Position numbers and translations under genes: made by a program
Notes under the pieces: generated by a model
Database searches by the model: none
Seen by the model: only the letters and a program-made list of their open reading frames with translations
What the model was told of the DNA's origin: nothing
Assembly (NCBI GenBank): GCA_963169585.1
Contig: CAUJDU010000035.1
Location: 1 to 52,937, forward strand
Length of the DNA stretch: 52,937 nucleotides
Origin: Actinomycetota bacterium
GTDB lineage: Bacteria; Actinomycetota; Acidimicrobiia; IMCC26256; JAGPDB01
Direction: 5' to 3'
Part shown: in pieces, positions 18,281-28,149 of the stretch
Layout: every line of letters starts with the position of its first letter
Numbering within the stretch: the first letter of the stretch is position 1

Positions 18281-19456
18281 ATGACAGTTCAGTTATCAAG
18301 TATTTTAAAACGGGAGATCAATCCAGGGCAGGTAGCTTTTGTTCGTATCGATTGTAATGTACCTTTAAATGAGGATGGGTCGATTGCAGATGCCTTTAGG
18401 TTGGATGCGGTAGTTCCGACTTTAATTTTTTTACGAGACAGAGGAGTAAAAGTTGTCCTTGCTGGTGCAATAGGTCGTCCTAAGGGTAACAGAGACGAAG
18501 CGTTAACAACACAATGCGTCGCAGATTATTACTCTGGTAAAGTTTTCGAAAACTGTGTTTATGTTAGTGAAGTATTCGGTGATGAAGTTCAAAATGCTAT
18601 CAATTCCATATCTAATGGTGAATGTGTTGTTCTAGAGAATTTACGGTTTTGGTCAGAAGAAGAAAGCAATGATGAACAGTTTGCAAAAAACTTAGCTGGA
18701 CTTGCTGATTTTTATGTCAATGATGCATTTGGCCAATGTCATCGTGAACAGGCATCTATAGTTGCGATAACCAAGTTTCTTCCTTCCTTTGCTGGTGTTT
18801 GTCTAGAAGAAGAAGTAAAAGCTCTTGAAAATGTCCTAAAAAATGGCCAAGAACCTGTCGTGTCGATTGTTGGAGGAGCGAAAGTTTCTGACAAGTTAGG
18901 TGTTATTGAAGCACTTGTAAAGCGTTCAGATTTTCTGCTAATCGGCGGAGCAATGGCGTACACTTTTCTGAAAAGTCAAGGTGTAGTGATCGGCGACTCT
19001 TTGTGTGAAGACGACTATGTAACTAAGGCTGCCCAGTGGATGGAAACGGGCAAGATCGTTTTACCTTTAGATAATGTTGTTGCAGAATCTATAGATTCAA
19101 TCAAAACTCAAACTGTTAGAAATATTGAAGATGGTTATGCTGGCTTTGATATAGGAGAAAAAACAGTAGAGAAGTTTAGAGAAGTTATTGCTCGAGCAAA
19201 TACAATACTTTGGAATGGCCCAATGGGAGTGTTCGAAAAAAATCAGTTCGCAAATGGGACAAGCGAAATTGCAAGAGCCGTTGCTACTAGCAATGCGTAT
19301 AGCGTAATCGGTGGTGGAGATTCAGTAGCAGCTATTAGAGGGCTTAAATTAGAATCACAAATAAACCATGTATCTACCGGTGGTGGCGCAACGCTTGAAT
19401 ATTTAGAAAAAGGAACGTTAGTCGGAGTCGACGCGTTGAGGACAAAGGACAGATAA
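18281..19456 (+). CDS. pgk: Phosphoglycerate kinase
   Basis: Motifs seen are RIDCNVPL, VLENLRFW..EE, IVGGAKVSDK and STGGGATLEYLEG-like STGGGATLEYLEKG. Confidence 0.96.
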   Translation: MTVQLSSILKREINPGQVAFVRIDCNVPLNEDGSIADAFRLDAVVPTLIFLRDRGVKVVLAGAIGRPKGNRDEALTTQCVADYYSGKVFENCVYVSEVFGDEVQNAINSISNGECVVLENLRFWSEEESNDEQFAKNLAGLADFYVNDAFGQCHREQASIVAITKFLPSFAGVCLEEEVKALENVLKNGQEPVVSIVGGAKVSDKLGVIEALVKRSDFLLIGGAMAYTFLKSQGVVIGDSLCEDDYVTKAAQWMETGKIVLPLDNVVAESIDSIKTQTVRNIEDGYAGFDIGEKTVEKFREVIARANTILWNGPMGVFEKNQFANGTSEIARAVATSNAYSVIGGGDSVAAIRGLKLESQINHVSTGGGATLEYLEKGTLVGVDALRTKDR

Positions 19457-20223
19457 TGCGTAAACCAATTATTGTTGGTAACTGGAAAATGAATTTAACT
19501 CATTTAGAAGCAATTGCTTTAGTGCAAAAACTTTCTTACAGGTTAGAAGGAGATGTTTTTGATCTATGTGAAGTTGTTGTTTGTCCACCCTTTACTTCAC
19601 TTAGGAGCGTCCAGACAACTATTGACTCTGACAAGATGAAAATTGATTTAGGCGCCCAGAATGTAAATGAGAATGAAAAAGGTGCTTTTACTGGCGAGAT
19701 TTCTGCAGCCATGCTAAAAAAACTTAACTGTAGCTATGTCCTAGTTGGACATTCCGAACGCAGACAACACTGTGGTGAAACAAACGAAGTCACTGCTGCA
19801 AAAGTTAGAGCTGTCAGGAAACTCGAAATGATTCCAATCCTTTGTGTTGGCGAAACTAAAGAACAACGTGAAAATGGTGAAACTACTTCAGTTGTAGAGA
19901 GTCAAGTTCGCCAAGGACTTTCTAATATTGCAAAAAATGATATAGAAAATTGTATTATTGCCTATGAGCCAGTGTGGGCTATTGGTGCTGGGGCTCCTGC
20001 AACCATCGATCAAGCTAACGAGATGATTCTTCATATTAGAGGCGTACTAAATACTTTGAGCTCTGGGTCAGGGGAGCAAACTAGGGTGATTTATGGGGCA
20101 AGTGTAGATCCAGGTAATTCGAAAACATTCCTCTCTCAAGATGGTATAGACGGGTTATTGGTAGGTGGCGCAAGCCTAGAAGCTGACGATTTCTCTAGAT
20201 TGGTACTTTCTGCCATTAAATAA
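19456..20223 (+). CDS. tpiA: Triosephosphate isomerase
   Basis: Motifs seen are VGNWKMN, LVGHSERR, AYEPVWAIG and LVGGASL. The start overlaps the pgk stop (ATAATG). Confidence 0.96.
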   Translation: MRKPIIVGNWKMNLTHLEAIALVQKLSYRLEGDVFDLCEVVVCPPFTSLRSVQTTIDSDKMKIDLGAQNVNENEKGAFTGEISAAMLKKLNCSYVLVGHSERRQHCGETNEVTAAKVRAVRKLEMIPILCVGETKEQRENGETTSVVESQVRQGLSNIAKNDIENCIIAYEPVWAIGAGAPATIDQANEMILHIRGVLNTLSSGSGEQTRVIYGASVDPGNSKTFLSQDGIDGLLVGGASLEADDFSRLVLSAIK

Positions 20224-20274
20224 TGATAAATTTCTTGTAATACCGCAGGTTTAAGCGTAAAGACTACTATTATA

Positions 20275-20514
20275 TTGCCTATGTTGGATATCGTATTTAT
20301 TTCAATTCATGTAATCGTTTCTGTCTTAATGGTAATTTTTGTGTTACTTCATGCCGGTAGAGGCGGAGGACTTTCAGACTTATTTGGTGGCGGTGCTATG
20401 GGTGGTTCAATGGCAGGATCAACACTCGCAGAGAAGAATTTGGACCGTTTGACCATTATTTGCGCAGTTGTTTTCACATTTACCACAATTATGCTCGGAA
20501 TTCGATTAAAGTAA
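20275..20514 (+). CDS. secG: Preprotein translocase subunit SecG
   Basis: It is 79 aa with two TM helices and the glycine-rich loop HAGRGGGLSDLFGGG. It occupies the conserved position after tpiA. The start could be TTG 20275 or ATG 20281. Confidence 0.88.
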   Translation: MPMLDIVFISIHVIVSVLMVIFVLLHAGRGGGLSDLFGGGAMGGSMAGSTLAEKNLDRLTIICAVVFTFTTIMLGIRLK

Positions 20515-20580
20515 CTTTTACTCAGAGCGGACCAATTCCGCGAGACTGAGCGTAAATAAAACATATCAAGGGGGCGCGTT

Positions 20581-22266
20581 GTGATGACAACGAATAGATC
20601 TCGCAAATTGGCTTTGGCTTTGCTGCTACTGGTTGCATTGTTTATGGCTGCTTGCAGTAGTGGAAGTGACGAGAAAGTTTCAACTGGTGGGAAGATAACA
20701 ATTGGTGCAGACCAAGAACCGGATTGTCTTGACTTTATCGGTAGTTGTTCGGGTGCGTCTTGGGGTTACTGGACTGTTGCTGTAAATACTTTGCCACGCG
20801 TATACTCGGTTGAACGAGTTGGTGATAAGGACGAATGGGAAAATGTAATTACTAACCTGATGGCGAAAGAGCCTGAACTTGAAACCGATCCGGTTCAAAA
20901 AATTACGTATACAATTTCAGAAGATGCAGTATGGTCGGATGGCAAACCAATAGTGGGACAAGACTTTGTTTATACATGGGATCAGATTGCAAACACAGAT
21001 GACGTTTACGATAAGACAGGATATGAGGGTATCGATTCTGTTGTTGTAGATAAGGATGATGACAAAGTTGTAGTTGTAACCTATAAGAAAGGCGAAAACT
21101 TTGCTGGATGGCAAGGTTTGTTTGGTGGAAACTACGGAGTGTTACCTTCTCATATTCTTAAAGGAAAAGATAGAGCCCAAGCGACTGCTGATGGGTATGA
21201 TTTTTCTGGAGGACCTTTTAAGCTTAAAGGTGGAGCTGCTGGATGGAAGAAGGGCGAATCGATTACTCTAGTAAGAAATGATAAATACTGGGGTGATAAA
21301 GCAAAATTAGATGAAGTTGTATTTAGATTCCAGGCAGACACAACGGCTCAGTTCACTGCCTATAAGGCTGGTGAAGTTCTAGCGATTTATCCGCAACCAC
21401 AAATTGATGTAATTGATTCAATAAATAGTGGAGGGCTTCCTGGAAAACAAGAAATTAATGCCGTGACCGGAAACTTGGAAGCACTTTGGTTGAATAATGA
21501 AGCCGCTCCTTTCGACGATATAAATGTCCGCCAAGCTCTCGGATATTCAATGGATAGAGATGCTCTTGTTAAAGCCCTGTTTGGTGATATTGGTGTTGAA
21601 AAAGCTGTACATAGTTTCTTAGCCCCTGTTGTTTCAGAATTCTCTGAACCTGAAGGCTTTAAGAAATTCAAGCCAGATGCCAAAAAAGTAGAAGAACTAC
21701 TTGGTAAGTCTGGATACACAAAGAATAGCCAAGGTATTTATGCAAAAGGTGGACAAGAACTATCATTTGCTATTCATACAAATGAAGGAAATCAACGTCG
21801 AAAATTGACTCTTGAAACTCTGCAAAAGCAATTACAAGATGCTGGATGGAAAGTAGAGCTGAAATTTGTCCCGGCTGGAGACCTTTTTGGAACAATAGGA
21901 CCAGAAGGTACTTTCCAAGCTGCATTATATGCTCAAGTACTTACAACCCTAGATCCAGGTAACTGTCTATTGTTCTGTTCAAAGAATATACCAACAGCTG
22001 CTAACGGTAACTCAGGTAATAACTGGACACGAACTAACATTCCTGATGCAGATCCTCAGTTGGCAAAAGTAGACAATGAACTCGATCGAGATAAAAGAAT
22101 CGAAGCAAGTAAGAAATCTGAGAAGTTCCTAGCTCAAGATGCAACATCATACCCGCTAGATCCGCTTCCAAATATCTTCTTATGGAGTGACAAACTTACA
22201 GGTGATATTGATGAGAATCCAATAATGGGTCCATTCTGGACACTGTCTAAATGGGGATTGAAATAA
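20581..22266 (+). CDS. ABC peptide/nickel-type substrate-binding lipoprotein (family 5, DppA/OppA-like)
   Basis: The lipoprotein signal is LLLLVALFMAACSSGS. Family-5 SBP-like segments are present (WSDGKPIVGQDFVYTW, NVRQALGYSMDRDALV). It heads the permease/ATPase operon. Confidence 0.88.
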   Translation: MMTTNRSRKLALALLLLVALFMAACSSGSDEKVSTGGKITIGADQEPDCLDFIGSCSGASWGYWTVAVNTLPRVYSVERVGDKDEWENVITNLMAKEPELETDPVQKITYTISEDAVWSDGKPIVGQDFVYTWDQIANTDDVYDKTGYEGIDSVVVDKDDDKVVVVTYKKGENFAGWQGLFGGNYGVLPSHILKGKDRAQATADGYDFSGGPFKLKGGAAGWKKGESITLVRNDKYWGDKAKLDEVVFRFQADTTAQFTAYKAGEVLAIYPQPQIDVIDSINSGGLPGKQEINAVTGNLEALWLNNEAAPFDDINVRQALGYSMDRDALVKALFGDIGVEKAVHSFLAPVVSEFSEPEGFKKFKPDAKKVEELLGKSGYTKNSQGIYAKGGQELSFAIHTNEGNQRRKLTLETLQKQLQDAGWKVELKFVPAGDLFGTIGPEGTFQAALYAQVLTTLDPGNCLLFCSKNIPTAANGNSGNNWTRTNIPDADPQLAKVDNELDRDKRIEASKKSEKFLAQDATSYPLDPLPNIFLWSDKLTGDIDENPIMGPFWTLSKWGLK

Positions 22267-22290
22267 TACACGTAGCATCGTTGTGAAAGA

Positions 22291-22320
22291 GGGGATCCGA
22301 AAGGGTCCCCACTTTTTTTG
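22291..22320 (+). terminator. Rho-independent terminator/attenuator after the binding-protein gene
   Basis: The hairpin GGGGATCC-GAAA-GGGTCCCC has an 8-bp stem (one G-U pair) and a GNRA loop, and is followed by ACTTTTTTTG. Confidence 0.8.
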
Positions 22321-22346
22321 TCTAAAGGCTCTAGCCTAATTAGACC

Positions 22347-23348
22347 ATGGGGGTTACTATATATGCTTTGCGAAGACTAATAGCTAGTCTCATCCTGCTC
22401 ATCATCGCTTCATTTCTTGTGTTCGGTGGAGTGAGAACAATTTTTGATCCCACTGCACGATTATCAAAGAATAAGGATGTACAAGCAAGGGAACGCGAAC
22501 GGGTACGTTTAGGTTTAGACAAGCCTTTAATTGTCCAATATAAGAATTGGATGTCCGGGGTTATTAAAGGCGACTTCGGGAGAGAAGATATTGGTTCTGA
22601 ACAGGTTGCAGATAAATTAAAAAAAGGGTTTTCAAAAACTTTTGAATTAGCCCTATGGGGAGCTCTGGTTGCAGCATGCTTTGGAATAACATTTGGTATT
22701 GTCGCAGCCATACGGAGAAACAGGCCCATTGACTATGCTGTGACTGCTTTCTCGTATTTTGGTATTGCAGTGCCAACTTTTGCTTTCGCTTATGTGCTGA
22801 TGAATATGTTTGCATTATGGTTGCCAAATTATTTTGGTTCTTCTGAACCGTGGCTTTTTACAACAGCAACAACGCAAGGGAGTTTTGCCAGAGGTTATGA
22901 TGGGCTTTGGTCGTTAGCAAGTATAAGTGATTACATTAGACACATGTTGATGCCTATCATGGTACTCTCTGTCCAACTAATTGCAAGTTGGAGTCGCTAT
23001 CAAAGAGCTTCCATGGTTGAAGCTCTACAAAGTGATTATATAAGGACTGCTCACGCAAAAGGAATGAGTAAATATAGAGTGTACACGCGGCATGCTCTAA
23101 GAAATTCTCAAGTTCCTATGGTTACTGTTATGGCACTTGATATAGGGCTGCTCTTCCAAGGTTTAATCATTACTGAATTTGTTTTTTCGATACCTGGTTT
23201 AGGAAAAGTATTTACCGACGCTCTTTCTGTAGGGGATGCCACAACCATTGCAGGTTGGACTTTAGTCACTGCAACATTTGTGATACTTGCTAATTTGATT
23301 GCCGACTTATTGTTACCTGTTGTTGATCCAAGGATTCGAACAACATGA
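22347..23348 (+). CDS. ABC peptide transporter permease (DppB/OppB-like)
   Basis: It is a multi-TM protein. It carries the EAA-type loop YIRTAHAKGMSKYRVYTRHALRN that is typical of DppB/OppB. Confidence 0.9.
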   Translation: MGVTIYALRRLIASLILLIIASFLVFGGVRTIFDPTARLSKNKDVQARERERVRLGLDKPLIVQYKNWMSGVIKGDFGREDIGSEQVADKLKKGFSKTFELALWGALVAACFGITFGIVAAIRRNRPIDYAVTAFSYFGIAVPTFAFAYVLMNMFALWLPNYFGSSEPWLFTTATTQGSFARGYDGLWSLASISDYIRHMLMPIMVLSVQLIASWSRYQRASMVEALQSDYIRTAHAKGMSKYRVYTRHALRNSQVPMVTVMALDIGLLFQGLIITEFVFSIPGLGKVFTDALSVGDATTIAGWTLVTATFVILANLIADLLLPVVDPRIRTT

Positions 23349-24274
23349 GTGGGCTAGAAGAGACGAAAGAAAATGATGTGTCAAAGCAAGCATCGAAACA
23401 CATTAAAGAGACAATTGTAGAATCTATCCCTCCTCCAATAAAGTTTCGTGCACTTAAACGATTTTATGCAAACAGAGCAGCTACAATTTCAGTTGTTTTT
23501 CTTGTCGCACTTATAGTCCTATGTTATTTCCCTAATCTAATTACTGATTTTTCACAGAATGAACAAACTGCCTTTAAAAGATTGCCACCAAACTCTACTA
23601 ACTGGTTAGGGACAGATTTATTAGGTCGAGATATTTTGACTGAGTTGTTATATGCAGGTCAGATTACATTGAGGATTGCAATAGCAGTTGGAATTATTTC
23701 TACATTTATAGGTTCACTAGCGGGAGCTATTGCGGGGTATTTTCATAAGATAATAGATTCATTATTAATGCGAGTAACCGATTTATTTTTGGTTGTCCCA
23801 CAATTAGTTATTTTAGCTTTAGCATTAAAGAAATTTGGTGATGAATATATTGCAATGGTATTGATTATTTCTTTGATCTCATGGATGTTTACTGCTCGTT
23901 TAGTTCGTGCACAGGTGCTCTCGTTAAAGTCTAGAGAGTTTATAGATGCCGCGAAGATGAATGGTCGCAGTAGCATTTACATCGTGTTTAGACATTTGAT
24001 TCCAAATTCTTGGAGTGTTATTGCTGTTAGTTCGGCTTTTACTATTGCTGGGGCAATATTACTTGAGTCCACTGTCTCATTTTTAGGTTTCGGTGTTCAA
24101 GCTCCACTTACCTCATGGGGGAGGATGCTCTATGATTTTAAGGGTTTTGCTATTGGCCAATATTTTTATCTTTTCTTATCTCCAGCGCTAGCAACTTTTT
24201 TTACTGTTTTGGCATTCAATTTTATTAGCGATGGCTTAAGAGATGCTTTTGATCCGAGATCGGAACAGTCATGA
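23345..24274 (+). CDS. ABC peptide transporter permease (DppC/OppC-like)
   Basis: It has an N-terminal OppC-type extension followed by TM helices. The EAA loop reads FIDAAKMNGRSSIYIVFRHLIPN. It overlaps the upstream gene by 4 nt. Confidence 0.9.
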   Translation: MSGLEETKENDVSKQASKHIKETIVESIPPPIKFRALKRFYANRAATISVVFLVALIVLCYFPNLITDFSQNEQTAFKRLPPNSTNWLGTDLLGRDILTELLYAGQITLRIAIAVGIISTFIGSLAGAIAGYFHKIIDSLLMRVTDLFLVVPQLVILALALKKFGDEYIAMVLIISLISWMFTARLVRAQVLSLKSREFIDAAKMNGRSSIYIVFRHLIPNSWSVIAVSSAFTIAGAILLESTVSFLGFGVQAPLTSWGRMLYDFKGFAIGQYFYLFLSPALATFFTVLAFNFISDGLRDAFDPRSEQS

Positions 24275-25281
24275 GTAGCTCAAATACTGTTTTACGTTTA
24301 GACAATCTTTGCGTTACATACGGTAAGAAGAACCATAAAACATTTGCTGTTCAAGATTTGTCTTTAGAGCTACGACGAGGTGAGACGCTGGCTATTGTTG
24401 GAGAATCTGGTTGTGGGAAAACGACGGTTGCCATGGCGCTTATGGGGCTGCTTGATTCTAGAACAAAGGTAGAGGGAAAGTTGACGGTCCATGATGAGGA
24501 ATACGATTTAAGTGAGATGTCATATAAAGATTGGCAAAAAATTAGAGGTGAAAAAATTGCGATGGTTTTTCAAGATTCACTTGCTTCGCTAAATCCGCTA
24601 AAAAGAATTGGTGATCAAATTGCAGAAGCTATTTATGTTAAAAACAAAGCAAAAAAGTCACAAGCAAAAGAAAAGGCAATTGAGTTACTTGAACTGGTAG
24701 AGATTCCTGATGCAACGAGGCGTACAAGGCAATATCCTCATGAATGTTCTGGTGGTATGCGTCAACGTGCAATGATCGCAATGGCTTTAGCAAATGAGCC
24801 AGATATATTGATTTGTGATGAACCAACTACTGCACTTGATGTTACTGTCCAAGCACAAATTCTTGATTTAATAAAAAAACTTCAAACAAAAATGGGTATG
24901 GCTGTGATCTTAGTTACTCATGATCTAGGAGTTGTTAGTGTTGTCTCTGATCGCGTCAATGTAATGTATGCCAGTAAGATAATTGAAGCTGGAAGTACGA
25001 ATGTACTTATGACCACACCATCACATCCGTACACAAATGCACTACTAACTGCGATGCCAGATATAAACGCACCACGTGGAGAACTACATTCAATACCTGG
25101 AGTTCCTCCTACTTTGAATCGTGAATTTGATTGGTGTCCGTATGGGGTTAGATGTGATTTGCATACAGAACAATGTGATGAAGCAATGCCAGAGCTAAAA
25201 GTAGTATCAAGTGAGGATGAAACTATGCAATGTGCATGCATACATCCGCTAATAGAAATCGAAACGGCGCAAATTAAATGA
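24271..25281 (+). CDS. ABC peptide transporter ATP-binding protein (DppD/OppD-like)
   Basis: The Walker A is GESGCGKTT, the signature is CSGGMRQR, and the Walker B is [12 protein letters not shown]. It has the C-terminal oligopeptide-ATPase extension HPYTNALL. Confidence 0.93.
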   Translation: MSSSNTVLRLDNLCVTYGKKNHKTFAVQDLSLELRRGETLAIVGESGCGKTTVAMALMGLLDSRTKVEGKLTVHDEEYDLSEMSYKDWQKIRGEKIAMVFQDSLASLNPLKRIGDQIAEAIYVKNKAKKSQAKEKAIELLELVEIPDATRRTRQYPHECSGGMRQRAMIAMALANEPDILICDEPTTALDVTVQAQILDLIKKLQTKMGMAVILVTHDLGVVSVVSDRVNVMYASKIIEAGSTNVLMTTPSHPYTNALLTAMPDINAPRGELHSIPGVPPTLNREFDWCPYGVRCDLHTEQCDEAMPELKVVSSEDETMQCACIHPLIEIETAQIK

Positions 25282-26414
25282 GTGGGGTAAATATTGAAGG
25301 AGTTAATAGTGAGTCTTTGGATTCAATTTTAAGAATTGATGATTTACATAAAACTTTTGTAACTAGATCCCGTGGCCGCAAAATTTCTACCTATGCATTG
25401 CGAGGAGTTAGTTTCAGCATTAAACAGGGTGAAGCTGTTGGAATAGTGGGAGAGTCCGGTTGTGGAAAATCTACACTTGCTCGATTGATTGCAGGACTTG
25501 AAACATCTACGAGAGGATCAATGTCCTTTAATAATATGCCAATGAGATTTACGAAAGCATTACGTAAAAAGATATCTATGGTTTTCCAAGATCCATATGC
25601 AAGTCTAAATCCAAGGATGTCTACTGCTTCTTGCGTCAGAGAGCCCATGCATTTATTAAGTAAAGAAGAGCTCAAAGTGAAGCTTGATAAAATCTATGAG
25701 GAAAAACCCGAGGAAGAATGGACGACGATTCCACGCGGGTTTTTAAAGCGATTCTTTTTAAAGTTTGAATCTAAAAGAGCTTTGGCTGAAAAGACATATG
25801 CATCAAGACTTTTAGAGCTTGTACAACTCCGACCAGAATGGAGTGTACGTTACCCTCATGAGTTTTCGGGCGGTCAGCGCCAAAGGATAGGCATAGCAAG
25901 AGCGCTAGCAACATCTCCTGATTTGCTTATATTAGATGAGCCGGTGAGTGCTCTAGACGTTAGTGTGCAGGCCGGAATAATTTCTCTGTTAGCAAAACTT
26001 CAAGAAGAAAATGAATTGGCTATGCTCTTTATCAGCCATGATTTACGTGTTGTTAAACATATTTGTGATCGTGTAATTGTTATGTATCTTGGTCAAATAA
26101 TGGAAGATGCCTCGAGTGAATTGCTTTTCTCTAGGCCTAGACATCCCTACACAAAGGCTTTGATTGCTTCGATTCCTAAGGCAAAGCTCCATGAAAGGAC
26201 GAAAGGGTATAAAGCGGAAAAACAGGAAAATGTACATGTTGGTTCTGAAATACCTGTCAGGGTTTTGAAAGGTGAAATTCCGAGTCCGACGAATCCTCCG
26301 CAAGGATGCCCATTTCGCACACGATGCGAAAAAGCAACAGATGAATGCTTGCAGAAGCCCCCGTTAGCTAAAATGACTGACGGACGCCTTATAGCTTGCC
26401 ATTTTCCCTATTGA
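25278..26414 (+). CDS. ABC peptide transporter ATP-binding protein (DppF/OppF-like) with an internal insertion
   Basis: The Walker A is GESGCGKST, the signature is FSGGQRQR, and the Walker B is LLILDEPVSALD. HPYTKALI is also present. An extra ~30 aa lies between the Q-loop region and RYPHEFSGGQ. Confidence 0.92.
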   Translation: MSGVNIEGVNSESLDSILRIDDLHKTFVTRSRGRKISTYALRGVSFSIKQGEAVGIVGESGCGKSTLARLIAGLETSTRGSMSFNNMPMRFTKALRKKISMVFQDPYASLNPRMSTASCVREPMHLLSKEELKVKLDKIYEEKPEEEWTTIPRGFLKRFFLKFESKRALAEKTYASRLLELVQLRPEWSVRYPHEFSGGQRQRIGIARALATSPDLLILDEPVSALDVSVQAGIISLLAKLQEENELAMLFISHDLRVVKHICDRVIVMYLGQIMEDASSELLFSRPRHPYTKALIASIPKAKLHERTKGYKAEKQENVHVGSEIPVRVLKGEIPSPTNPPQGCPFRTRCEKATDECLQKPPLAKMTDGRLIACHFPY

Positions 26415-26450
26415 ACCTTTATCTAGGTGTTAAAGCGACGATAAAACAAT

Positions 26451-27983
26451 GTGACAATTCGGCTATCAAAAACCTTAGGCCAGTTGATAAAAACTATGGC
26501 CTTGATCTTGATATGCATTGTTTTGGCCGGTGGATGTTCGCAATTAAAGCAGGAGTCAAAAGATAATAAGCCAGAAATATTAGTTATTTGGTCTGATTTT
26601 GATTATTCTCATGACCCCTTACAGGCAAAAGAATCGAACCATTTCTTTTTAAGTTCGCTCGAGAATAGAACATTATTCAAAACCAATTCAAGCGGAAAAA
26701 TTGAAGGTGATCTTGCAAAAAGTTACGAAATCTCTAAGGATGGTAAAAAAATATCCATATCATTAGATGAAAATACATTCTCAAATGGTACGAAGGTAAG
26801 TGCTCTAGATGTAAAAGCAACATTATCAAGAATAATGCTGGTTGGGGGAGATTATGTAAACCTATTAACAGAAATAAAAGGATCTAGCGAAGCAAAAAGT
26901 GGCTCCGACTTCTTTGGGCTATCTACTCCCGACAGTAAAACTATTGTTATTAATCTGATAGAACCAAACCCATTTTTTATTTATCGATTAACACACCCAG
27001 CAACAGCAATCATTCCGGCGTCCTCTATAGGTTTAAAAGGGGAGTTAACATCCAACGTTCATTCTGGAAACTATCGAGCTGAAATAATTTCAAATGAAAT
27101 AAATGCAACCACCGTATTTAAGCCGAGAACAAAAGATTTACCGATTATTAACGTAGTTAGAAAATCAAATGAAGACTTTATGACCCGACCAAGAAAAGAA
27201 GATGTAGACATAGTCCTTGGAGAAACAAAAAAATCTATAAATTTCAACCTAGTATCAATTCCACAATTAGCAGTTGCATCCTGGAATATTTATGTAAAAG
27301 ATCCAGATTCACCATTTTCCAATATAAAATTTAGACGAGCAATACTTAGTGCATTAGACCAAGAAGAATCAATAAAGGCATTTGCAAATAGGGCTATTAA
27401 ACCTACGAAATTTACGGCGGACACTTTCGATTCAATAGATTGCTCTAATAGTTGTAAAAGCAATTTAAACGAATCAAAAAGAATTATTAAAGAGATCTAT
27501 CCAAATGGTGATACTCCTGAAATAACTATTCACATTGAAAATAATTTAGTTCAACAAGAATTAGCGATTTTAGCGATAGAAAGATTAGCTGACATAGGGG
27601 TTAAAGCTACTTCAACTGCTTTGACACCAGGAGATCTATCTAATGAGATAGCACGAGGGAATGTTCAGCTGTTTAGATTTGGATGGATATCAAAAGTCCC
27701 CATAGGTGCAGACCCGTTAGTAAAGAGCTTCAAAATTGATTCAACAGAAAACGTATCTGGCTTGGTGGATATGAAGCTAGAAGGCGAAATTAACCAATAT
27801 CTTGCAGACACGACAGAAAAGCAGAAATTAAAATCAAGCCAGGACATACAAAAACGTCTACAGGACTTGTGGCTAACTAGGCCCGTAGCGCATTTCCAGA
27901 AAATAATTACAATATCAAAAGAAATCAGTGGATATAATTTTGATCTCTATGGCAGGGTCAATTTGAGTAAACTGCACAAATAA
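26451..27983 (+). CDS. Second, divergent family-5 substrate-binding lipoprotein
   Basis: The lipobox is IVLAGGCSQ. Its size and segmental resemblance to family-5 SBPs (FSNGTKVSALDVKATL, RRAILSALDQEE) support the call. The start is GTG, and it sits at the 3' end of the transporter operon. Confidence 0.7.
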   Translation: MTIRLSKTLGQLIKTMALILICIVLAGGCSQLKQESKDNKPEILVIWSDFDYSHDPLQAKESNHFFLSSLENRTLFKTNSSGKIEGDLAKSYEISKDGKKISISLDENTFSNGTKVSALDVKATLSRIMLVGGDYVNLLTEIKGSSEAKSGSDFFGLSTPDSKTIVINLIEPNPFFIYRLTHPATAIIPASSIGLKGELTSNVHSGNYRAEIISNEINATTVFKPRTKDLPIINVVRKSNEDFMTRPRKEDVDIVLGETKKSINFNLVSIPQLAVASWNIYVKDPDSPFSNIKFRRAILSALDQEESIKAFANRAIKPTKFTADTFDSIDCSNSCKSNLNESKRIIKEIYPNGDTPEITIHIENNLVQQELAILAIERLADIGVKATSTALTPGDLSNEIARGNVQLFRFGWISKVPIGADPLVKSFKIDSTENVSGLVDMKLEGEINQYLADTTEKQKLKSSQDIQKRLQDLWLTRPVAHFQKIITISKEISGYNFDLYGRVNLSKLHK

Positions 27984-28057
27984 AACTAGTTGAACTCGAC
28001 GATAAAGGCTACATTTGAACTAAGATTTTCCTCTCGAACATCTAGGATTTCGAGTAA

Positions 28058-28141
28058 GTCGAAGTGGCGGAATTGGCAGACGCGCAAGCTTAAGGTGCTT
28101 GTGCCCGTTAGGGCGTGGGGGTTCAAGTCCCCCCTTCGACA
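28058..28141 (+). tRNA. tRNA-Leu (class II, long variable arm), with the anticodon read as AAG
   Basis: The cloverleaf was folded by hand.
- Acceptor stem: GTCGAAG / CTTCGAC, with discriminator A.
- D arm: GCG-GAATTGGCAGA-CGC.
- Anticodon stem: CAAGC / GCTTG, with the 7-nt loop TTAAGGT. That gives U33, A34 A35 G36 at 28092-28094, and G37.
- Variable arm: TGCCCGTTAGGGCGT.
- T arm: GGGGG-TTCAAGT-CCCCC.
No CCA is encoded. Confidence 0.88.
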
Positions 28142-28149
28142 CTATATTC

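Noticed and set aside
20521-20550. The hairpin after secG (CTCAG-A-GCGG ... CCGC-GAGA-CTGAG), and the 10-bp inverted repeat after uvrB (8483-8492 / 8517-8526), as intrinsic terminators.
   Set aside because: Both lack a following T-tract. The first has a bulged stem and the second a 24-nt loop. That is not enough evidence to call them as features.
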